This document shows positions 37,190 to 43,684 of a DNA stretch of 43,684 nucleotides, in pieces. Made by a program: the position numbers and the translations under genes. The stretch comes from a virus (taxonomy: Duplodnaviria; Caudoviricetes): the IMG/VR virus record IMGVR_UViG_3300042868_009174, positions 1 to 43,684 of that record. One strand, written 5' to 3'. Within the stretch, counting starts at the first letter, position 1. Every line of letters begins with the position of its first letter. The notes below the pieces were generated by a model. The model saw only the letters and a list, made by a program, of their open reading frames with translations. It was not told where the DNA came from and did no database searches.

Positions 37190-37918
37190 TCAACTTCCAT
37201 TAGGTGCATTTGCAGCCTGACCATCTAGATTATTTTGTGTCATATCTTCCTTCACTCTGAAGTAGGTGTTAAGAAGCTTCTGTGATACAAGCTCCAACAC
37301 CTGCTTCTCCAAATATCCCGGACATGCATATTCTTTATCAAGAGGGTTTTTACACTTCTCTGTAACATCAACATTTTGAGAGCAGCTGCAATTCTCAGGA
37401 TAGAGAATTTCATTGGGCACATCCTGCTCAAAGTATGCAGCAATCCTTATAGCTCTCAGCAGAGGATTAGTTACATACAAATACCCATTCATTATCCAGT
37501 AATAGGTTTCGTTCTTGATTACAGGAAGTTTAAGGAGATTGACATATCTATTCACTGTAATCTCCTTGAGTTTCTTTCCTGTTCCACCCATTGCATTAAT
37601 TGAATAAACTCCCTGAATTAGATATTGGTAATTACCTTCTGCTATTCTAGGGAGTTTGAATTTTGTTCTTGCAATTCTACATTCATCTACATACTCACAG
37701 CATTCAGAAATAGGCACTTCTTCAAGCTCTAAACAAGGAATAGTGGTGAAGATGGTGGACGTAGCCCAAAGCTTTCTCAGATTGGTTTCCCTCTTGACAA
37801 GCAAGAGAGTGCTGTTCTTAATCTCAGAAGCAATAGTTCTGTCTGTGATTAAGCTATCAGTAGAGAGAAGCTTGTGCATGCTTCTCACATCACTTACCAA
37901 TTTTCTGAGCGTAGCCAT
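37190..37918 (-). CDS. Tail ring protein
   Basis: Size (242 aa), synteny, and the YYWIMNGYLYV / AYFE / C-terminal EDxTQN pattern. Confidence 0.6.
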   Translation of the reverse strand: MATLRKLVSDVRSMHKLLSTDSLITDRTIASEIKNSTLLLVKRETNLRKLWATSTIFTTIPCLELEEVPISECCEYVDECRIARTKFKLPRIAEGNYQYLIQGVYSINAMGGTGKKLKEITVNRYVNLLKLPVIKNETYYWIMNGYLYVTNPLLRAIRIAAYFEQDVPNEILYPENCSCSQNVDVTEKCKNPLDKEYACPGYLEKQVLELVSQKLLNTYFRVKEDMTQNNLDGQAANAPNGS

Positions 37919-39171
37919 TATAAATACTGTTTGTATATGTTTGTCATTCCATCTATTTCATCAATAAGGAATGCTGTCACTTCACCTTTCACACATGTAT
38001 ATCCTTTTCTGCTGTCCCAACTGCTCTTTGCATTTGAGAATGCAGGAATTTGATAAAACTTAATACCGTTAATTGACTGTGTAACCTCATGATGTCTGTC
38101 TCCTGTGAATACATAGAAATATTCATGGTCTGACCATTCATCTTTATATTCCATTGGAAACACTGTTGCCAATGTTTGAGCTTTCATTACATCCCCATGA
38201 TTGAACATCATTGCTGTATTTCCATAGCTTACATACTTTCTGTAAGCAGGAGATGTATCAAACATCACTCTTGGCTCATCTCTGTAATATGCCTCAAGCC
38301 AACTTATCAAATGCCATCCTACATATTCATCATGGTTTCCGGGAATATAAATCACATCCACCACTTGAGACATTTCTAACAGCTTGTCAATCATCCATGT
38401 TTCATGATGACATATCAATTCAAATGATTGATGATATGTCAGAATGTTATCTTGAGGAGTGCCTTTAGTAGTGGTGTTTGTAAACTCACTATTAAACTCA
38501 TCAGATCCTATGATGTAAATAGACTTTGCTAAATATCCTGCAATTGCAGCTTGGTTAATGATTGTGGTAAGTTTTAAATCCACTCTCCTAAATCTATCAG
38601 CAATTGAATTGTCGCCATCTACGTCAAACTTATTGTAATGAGCATCTTGTTTGTTGATTACAAGACATACATCATTTTCAAAGAATTCTCTTCTAATAGG
38701 AGCTTGTACAGAAGGTTTGTTAGGAGTGTAATTCTTGAGAAAGTCGATGAATGATTCTTGGTAAATGTTTTCTTCTGTTTTCTTTGTCAACCAAGCTTTC
38801 ACTTGCCAATGAGGACTGCTGCTGTTTCCCCAGTAGTTCTGAACATATTTAGCAATCTCCCATTTAGAAGTGTCTATTTTACATTTCTCAATCAGCTCAT
38901 CAAGTGTTCTGATTTCATTATTGCATTTGAGAACCACTTCTCCTGTACCTTTCTTCAAGTCTTCTTCAAACTTCAGAATGACATCTTCAAGTTCTCCTAC
39001 ATATGCAGCAACTTCTGCGTCTTTTCTTATGTCTTCGCTTTCTTGTAATTGCTTCATTAGTCTTTTAATCTCCTTCTCAGAGATGCCGAGTTTATCAGCA
39101 TAAAATGATTTTGACTTCTTCCAGCCCATCATTTTTCTGAGACTTTCTAAAAGATGTTGATTATCAGACAT
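37918..39171 (-). CDS. N-terminal HTH plus calcineurin-like metallophosphoesterase
   Basis: DAH, GSD, GNHD, NHGD and GDRHH metal-binding motifs. HTH-like KSFYADKLGISEKEIKRLM. Confidence 0.85.
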   Translation of the reverse strand: MSDNQHLLESLRKMMGWKKSKSFYADKLGISEKEIKRLMKQLQESEDIRKDAEVAAYVGELEDVILKFEEDLKKGTGEVVLKCNNEIRTLDELIEKCKIDTSKWEIAKYVQNYWGNSSSPHWQVKAWLTKKTEENIYQESFIDFLKNYTPNKPSVQAPIRREFFENDVCLVINKQDAHYNKFDVDGDNSIADRFRRVDLKLTTIINQAAIAGYLAKSIYIIGSDEFNSEFTNTTTKGTPQDNILTYHQSFELICHHETWMIDKLLEMSQVVDVIYIPGNHDEYVGWHLISWLEAYYRDEPRVMFDTSPAYRKYVSYGNTAMMFNHGDVMKAQTLATVFPMEYKDEWSDHEYFYVFTGDRHHEVTQSINGIKFYQIPAFSNAKSSWDSRKGYTCVKGEVTAFLIDEIDGMTNIYKQYL

Positions 39172-39200
39172 TTAGAAGTTTTTAAAAAATAAAATTGGCG

Positions 39201-39275
39201 TGAAGATATAAAACGTTTTCCATATAACCAAATTAATTTAACTAACTTTATTATATACTATAATCTACATAATTA
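39201..39275 (-). promoter_or_regulatory. Bacteroidota-type promoter with 18-bp periodic upstream boxes
   Basis: TTTG (39229-39232), 20-nt spacer, TATCTTCA (39201-39208). TAAY on the + strand at 39225, 39243 and 39261. Shared motif at 39256-39275. Confidence 0.6.
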
Positions 39276-39303
39276 AAAACCCCCAGTATAGAAATACCGG
39301 GGG
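39275..39303 (-). terminator. Rho-independent terminator after the fibre gene
   Basis: Minus strand CCCCCGGTAT-TTCT-ATACTGGGGG followed by TTTTT. Confidence 0.85.
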
Positions 39304-39350
39304 AAAACTTTTACAAAACCAACAAAAGTAAAAGCTTTTTCATATTGTGT

Positions 39351-40466
39351 TTAAGGGATGTACATAATGTAGTAAGCACCCATCATTGGTTGATTATTAC
39401 TGTGAGGCTGTCCTCCTCCTGTGTCAGAAATAGTGTGAGTGTGTGTAGGGTCAGTAAGAGTGACAGTAAGACCACTGGGATTGGTAAATGCAGTGCCTAG
39501 TCCTTGTGTAGAGTTGAATGTAGGATATACAGGTGAACCATTAGGAGCTTCTGATTGAGAAGATGTACCAGTGATTGTTCTTGTAATCCCTGTAGCAGAA
39601 TTTGCAGCACTATGATTGTGAGCAGGAATTTGAGCAGTGGTGAGACTGATGGAATTGGTTCCTTGCTTTGTTCCTAAAGAATAACTAGGATTAAATGCAG
39701 AAGGAATAACATTAGTGTCCATTGTGGGACCACCCATTGTACCATCAGTTGTACCCACTGTAGACCTACCACGAAGATCAGGAGTGAAGTTCAATCCATT
39801 ACACAAGTAGATTTTTTCCCAATATCCTATACCTGCACCTGTGAGACTAAGAGCATCTCCTGTAGCAGGATAGTTGCTCAATTGTCCAAAATAAGGCATT
39901 GCTACATAAGGAACCATTTTGGTGTAAGCCTTGTTAGCAGGAGCAAGTGTTGCAAGATAGGCAGCAATGTAGGAATTAATGTCAGCTATCTTTACATAAT
40001 TAGTGTTTACATTGAGAATCAGTGCTGTAAGACCTGTGTCAAGAGAACAAAGCTTTGTAATAATAGCTTGTACAATCTGATGGGTATCAGAAGATGCAGT
40101 GACACCTGTAAGACATCCAATTGTATAATCAGCATTAAGAGCTGTAATGTCAGCCTTAATAGCTGTCACTTGTGTCTGAAGGTCACAAATAGCCTTAATC
40201 AGTGTAATGATGAGTTCATCAAGCTGATAACTAGGACATGTAGGAAGATGTTTCTTAATAAGATCACATATTACACTCTGTGGTACATCAATTACAATTC
40301 CAGTGCCATCAAGTGTAGAAATAATAAACTTTGCCAATTGCTCTTCTACATGCAGAAGAGTGTCTCCATATGATATACCAAGTGCAGGAATATCTGCTCC
40401 TGTGTATTTCACACATTTGTCAGATGTTATCTCTGCACAGCCATTGAAGCAGTTTGAGCAGGACAT
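39351..40466 (-). CDS. Tail fibre/collar-domain protein
   Basis: Cys-rich N-terminus and coiled coil. C-terminal tail-collar-like motifs LCNGLNFTPDLRGR, LTTAQIPAHNH, HTHTI and TGGGQPHSNNQP. Confidence 0.75.
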   Translation of the reverse strand: MSCSNCFNGCAEITSDKCVKYTGADIPALGISYGDTLLHVEEQLAKFIISTLDGTGIVIDVPQSVICDLIKKHLPTCPSYQLDELIITLIKAICDLQTQVTAIKADITALNADYTIGCLTGVTASSDTHQIVQAIITKLCSLDTGLTALILNVNTNYVKIADINSYIAAYLATLAPANKAYTKMVPYVAMPYFGQLSNYPATGDALSLTGAGIGYWEKIYLCNGLNFTPDLRGRSTVGTTDGTMGGPTMDTNVIPSAFNPSYSLGTKQGTNSISLTTAQIPAHNHSAANSATGITRTITGTSSQSEAPNGSPVYPTFNSTQGLGTAFTNPSGLTVTLTDPTHTHTISDTGGGQPHSNNQPMMGAYYIMYIP

Positions 40467-40473
40467 TTTACGA

Positions 40474-40740
40474 TTATTTATGAATTAACAATTTCACCTT
40501 GCTTGCAATCTGTTTTACTGTGAAACAAGATGCATAGTCAGGATTACAATACTTAAAAAGAAGGATGCGCTTGTAATTAAGCAAATCTTTAATAATGTCT
40601 CCCTTAATTGTCTTGTTTAGAGAGAATACGATATTGTTGAATTCTCGTTGAGCAAGCTCTCTGAGTTTACAGTCAATATCATTGAGAAGTGCAGGAATAC
40701 TAGCACACTCAACACAATTTGTAAGCCTTGGAGATAACAT
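40474..40740 (-). CDS. Small structural protein (tail-hub region)
   Basis: 88 aa, co-oriented, in the tail-hub syntenic position. Confidence 0.55.
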   Translation of the reverse strand: MLSPRLTNCVECASIPALLNDIDCKLRELAQREFNNIVFSLNKTIKGDIIKDLLNYKRILLFKYCNPDYASCFTVKQIASKVKLLIHK

Positions 40741-40852
40741 TTTTTATCCTGTTTGTTGTTTGTTTTATAGCAGCATTACAAGCAGAGCATAGTCCATTTA
40801 TAAGCTGACATCCACATCCTACACTAATGCCACATTTAGAACAACGTGCCAT
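40709..40852 (-). CDS. 47-aa Cys-rich peptide (CxxC...CxC...CxxC), possibly metal-binding
   Basis: MARCSKCGISVGCGCQLINGLCSACNAA... Its ATG lies 2 nt after the upstream stop. Confidence 0.7.
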   Translation of the reverse strand: MARCSKCGISVGCGCQLINGLCSACNAAIKQTTNRIKNVISKAYKLC

Positions 40853-40854
40853 AA

Positions 40855-41403
40855 TTAACAATTGTAATATGCAGTGATTGTATAATTGTTTCCTGTACAT
40901 CCACATCCATCAGAAGAGAAGTTTCTTAACATTCTTGCTGCCTGATCATACAACGTATTTGCTGTATCCACTGCACAGTTATTAGCTGCTGCAATGGATC
41001 CTTGGATGAAATAGTATATGCTGTCCAATGCAACCTTTTGTTGCTTCTTGATAGCCAAATCACATTCCATCATGTCAAGCTTCATAAAAGCATTGTCAAA
41101 TTTCTCCTGCAACTGATCCACTCTCATTATTGTCTTTGTAACAGATTCTGTAGATGTATTGTACGTTAGGGTGTATACACCATCAGGAATAGGTAAAGTG
41201 TCTACACCTACAGCTGTTAGTTCAAGATTTGTAGAATTAAAGAGATTGATCTGATTAGGAGAGAATACAATAGTGACAGGGTCAAATCCCGGAACTGTAA
41301 TATCTATCTCTGGACTAACAGGAGGAACAGAATATACAGAAGCATCCACCACAGCCATTGTGTATGTACTATATGTAGGAACCACTAATATATCTAAGCT
41401 CAT
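40855..41403 (-). CDS. Tail-hub-like structural protein
   Basis: IPDGVYTLTY motif. Position after the auxiliary capsid gene. ATG at 41403 preferred. Confidence 0.6.
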   Translation of the reverse strand: MSLDILVVPTYSTYTMAVVDASVYSVPPVSPEIDITVPGFDPVTIVFSPNQINLFNSTNLELTAVGVDTLPIPDGVYTLTYNTSTESVTKTIMRVDQLQEKFDNAFMKLDMMECDLAIKKQQKVALDSIYYFIQGSIAAANNCAVDTANTLYDQAARMLRNFSSDGCGCTGNNYTITAYYNC

Positions 41404-41414
41404 GTTATTCAATT

Positions 41415-41459
41415 AAAAAAGCCAGAGGATTTGAGAAGTCCTCTCTTACCCTCTGGCTT
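41415..41459 (-). terminator. Rho-independent terminator after the auxiliary capsid gene
   Basis: AAGCCAGAGG...CCTCTGGCTT stem followed by a T-run on the minus strand. Confidence 0.8.
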
Positions 41460-41479
41460 AGGTTAATGTTATGACTGTC

Positions 41480-42643
41480 TTACGGAATAAGCGTAGAAGT
41501 CGTTGAAGTAGTGGGCCATACAGTAGTCGTGGTAGACGTAGTGGTGAGACAAGCGTTGTCAGCATCTACAGTACCAAGAGCTGCTTCAAGAACTGCTTCA
41601 ATACCTGCGGTGAGAGCAGTGGGAGTAGCAATGATCACCATGCTATCTTCCTGAATGTAATCACCCCACTGATAAGCAGACCTGTCGTAGTCATTGAACT
41701 TGATGTAGAAAGTGTCATAAGTAACACCGTCACTCACCCAAGATTCAAAGTTAGCATTGTAACCTGCCATCCTGTAGAGATGCTTCAGATAACCTGCCTG
41801 ATAGCTGTAGTAGTTCTTCTCAAGCTGACGAATTTCATCAGGAGTACCTGCAACATAAGAAGCACGTTGGGTAACTTGAGCATTAGCTACAATATCACAA
41901 GCATCAGCTACGATGAAGTCAGCAGTGGTAGCCGGGCCTTTGTAAACAAAGGTGCGGAAATACATGCGGTCATACTCGTAGGGGAAAGCAGCAACATCGC
42001 AAGGCTGACCATATCTAGTAAGAGGTTTACCAGAGATGCGAAGAATAGCACTTGCATTGTTACCAATTCTTTGGAACTGATAGAAGTCATTGAAATTGAT
42101 ATTGTCAGGGTTGTTACCCGGAGCTGCTTGAGTGAGCTTTAGAATGAAAGCATCAATCAGAGCAGGAACATCAACATCAGTGCAAGTATCACCACCACAC
42201 TCGCAGCAAGGAGCTTGAACAGTCACTGAGCGAGTGAAGCCATTGAAATACAGAGTGTCCAGATAGGAAGAATGTGCACGGAGGGTGAGGGTTACTACCT
42301 CTCCACACTTAACACTCCAACCACTAACATCAGTCACCTGATTTACAGGTGTAGGGCAACCTGCCACTTTGTACCACTCAGTTACATTAGTGCGACAACC
42401 GGGGTTAGTACCTGAACAACCAGCAATCTTGTCAGACCTTTTAGAGCCTTGGAGATATGTGTTTGTCCTACCTTGAGCAATGTAGAAATAGGGCTTTCCA
42501 GTGATGTTACCTGCCGTAGCTACGGAGTAATCACTTCTGAAAATACCAAACTGTCCAGCAGCCAAATCCTGCGTAGAACCTGAGCTAGGTAGGCTGTTTC
42601 CTACAGGTACTACAAAGACAGTAGTTAAAGAAAAATCTGCCAT
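41480..42643 (-). CDS. Probable auxiliary capsid (decoration) protein with a Thr-rich C-terminal tail
   Basis: Synteny. Visibly higher GC with C-ending codons, plus its own terminator, suggests high expression. Ends CLTTTSTTTTVWPTTSTTSTLIP. Confidence 0.65.
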   Translation of the reverse strand: MADFSLTTVFVVPVGNSLPSSGSTQDLAAGQFGIFRSDYSVATAGNITGKPYFYIAQGRTNTYLQGSKRSDKIAGCSGTNPGCRTNVTEWYKVAGCPTPVNQVTDVSGWSVKCGEVVTLTLRAHSSYLDTLYFNGFTRSVTVQAPCCECGGDTCTDVDVPALIDAFILKLTQAAPGNNPDNINFNDFYQFQRIGNNASAILRISGKPLTRYGQPCDVAAFPYEYDRMYFRTFVYKGPATTADFIVADACDIVANAQVTQRASYVAGTPDEIRQLEKNYYSYQAGYLKHLYRMAGYNANFESWVSDGVTYDTFYIKFNDYDRSAYQWGDYIQEDSMVIIATPTALTAGIEAVLEAALGTVDADNACLTTTSTTTTVWPTTSTTSTLIP

Positions 42644-42671
42644 TTTGTTTTATTTTAAATTGTTAAAATGC

Positions 42672-43403
42672 TTATTCGTTTGTCTGTATTCTCATTGCTG
42701 AAGATTGTACAGCAGATTGGTTTTCGGTGTACATTGCAAGGTTTTGGACAGTGAGATCAAGAAGTTCATCTTCTAAATATTCCTCAAGTTCGCAGTCTTG
42801 ATTGATGGAATCACTACCATCAAACTTTACATATCCTTCTTTGTCAATGTAAATAGGATAGCGCATGTAGGCTATATACACTTCTTTTGGAACAAATGTA
42901 CCATCTGTAAACACACTCATTTCATCAGAAGAGATGTAATTAAATGTCTCTTGATATTCAAATGAGGGTTTGTAATGATCATTATTCAAAAGCAAGCTTG
43001 TGTCACCATGTTTTGCAAGCTCCTTATTTATCCATATCACCCTGTTCTTACATTCTCCTTTGTCAGCTAACATGTAGCTGTCAATATAGAACATATATTT
43101 AGGAGATAGTTCGTCTAAATATACCACCCATTGATTAAGATGTTTGTCCCTTATTGTAGGAACAAGATATTGATTTGAATAGCTTTGAATAAGTTTCTGC
43201 AAATCTTCATATCTCTTTTTGAAGGAATCAAGTCCCATACCACTTATGGTACTAAAACCATCAACCTTCTGCTTAATTAACTTCAACTGAGCTTCATTCA
43301 AAGCAAGGATTTTATCCTCCAATTGAATCTCTTGATGATCATTGGTCGATAGTTTATTTAGTCTTTGATCAATCTTGTACAATAAACTATCTACTGAAAT
43401 CAT
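42672..43403 (-). CDS. Tail ring protein
   Basis: LNKLST...LNEAQLKLIKQK...KRYEDLQKLI...YMRYP...DCEL pattern, plus synteny. Confidence 0.7.
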   Translation of the reverse strand: MISVDSLLYKIDQRLNKLSTNDHQEIQLEDKILALNEAQLKLIKQKVDGFSTISGMGLDSFKKRYEDLQKLIQSYSNQYLVPTIRDKHLNQWVVYLDELSPKYMFYIDSYMLADKGECKNRVIWINKELAKHGDTSLLLNNDHYKPSFEYQETFNYISSDEMSVFTDGTFVPKEVYIAYMRYPIYIDKEGYVKFDGSDSINQDCELEEYLEDELLDLTVQNLAMYTENQSAVQSSAMRIQTNE

Positions 43404-43684
43404 ACAGCTGCCAGTTTTTTAGCTTTTAATTTTTGTTCAAGGGTGATGAGATCATCTTGATGTTCATCGTCAGCCAAGTATTTAATCAAGGCTTCTTCAT
43501 CTACAGCAACCTCATATTCACCCTCGTATATTCTACCACTATTTCTCACTCTGTATATAGAATGTTGAATAGCTTGTTTCACTACGTCTTTAATGTGCAA
43601 AAGGTTCTCTTTCATGTCTGCAAACCTCTCAAACACTTCAACAGTAGAAAGTCCTTGATACTTACCACTCTTGAATTCTGTTTG
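43400..43684 (-). CDS. Conserved crAss-like hypothetical protein, C-terminal part (frame open to the right edge)
   Basis: Frame reads QTEFKSGKYQGLSTVEVFERF... from base 43684 without a stop. The stop overlaps the next ATG. Confidence 0.8.
   Translation of the reverse strand, partial: QTEFKSGKYQGLSTVEVFERFADMKENLLHIKDVVKQAIQHSIYRVRNSGRIYEGEYEVAVDEEALIKYLADDEHQDDLITLEQKLKAKKLAAV

Larger units (their letters stand above)
1..43684 (-). mobile_element. Segment of a crAss-like (Crassvirales) phage genome: structural, virion-RNAP and lysis modules
   Basis: Giant two-barrel RNAP with DFDID motif. Gene order ring/aux-capsid/hub/ring/IHF/ring/muzzle/cargo/RNAP is typical of crAss-like phages. Bacteroidota TAnnTTTG promoters, single coding strand, no host housekeeping genes. 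Confidence 0.93.

Noticed and set aside
39304-39339. Second inverted repeat (CTTTTAC...GTAAAAG) beside the terminator
   Set aside because: The AT-rich 7-bp stem with a long loop is too weak to call on its own.
616-42142. Numerous + strand ORFs and short nested minus-strand ORFs in the track
   Set aside because: They are antisense or off-frame shadows of long minus-strand genes. The V/D/E-rich ones simply mirror the S/T tracts, and none has a recognisable motif.
1-43684. Alternative genetic code (TAG or TGA reassignment, known in some crAss-like phages)
   Set aside because: The standard code already gives uninterrupted ORFs of up to 4.8 kaa with dense packing, and TGA serves as a stop in ATGA overlaps. 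TAG usage cannot be judged from this window.

Overview
This is the virion-morphogenesis, ejection and lysis arm of a Crassvirales (crAss-like) phage of Bacteroidota, read in the standard genetic code. Every credible gene is on the minus strand, and most abut or overlap through TAATG or ATGA junctions. In transcription order (right to left) it encodes: a partial conserved gene, a ring protein, a probable auxiliary capsid protein, tail-hub-like genes, a collar-domain fibre, an HTH-metallophosphoesterase with its own promoter, two more ring proteins flanking an IHF-like gene, and a split muzzle (tail stabilisation) protein. These are followed by two cargo proteins, a ~4,800-aa virion RNA polymerase (DFDID motif), a 1,803-aa nuclease/peptidase cargo protein, a lysis cassette (holin-like, spanin-like, amidase), a 39-aa basic peptide and a partial Ser/Thr-rich ORF. 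Five observations stand out. (1) The virion RNAP carries a complete C-terminal RecD/Dda-type SF1B helicase and is translationally coupled to a gene with a RecB-type nuclease, suggesting a candidate injected RNAP-helicase-nuclease machine. (2) The muzzle is split and decorated with Cys-rich modules strung on mucin-like Ser/Thr linkers. (3) CCWGG is strongly avoided, visible in Pro-Gly codon choice. (4) A shared 20-bp motif lies upstream of three Bacteroidota-type promoters. (5) One cargo protein is punctuated by about 16 short xxGG-type motifs. Structural-protein names rest on remembered crAss gene order and motifs, not on database searches.
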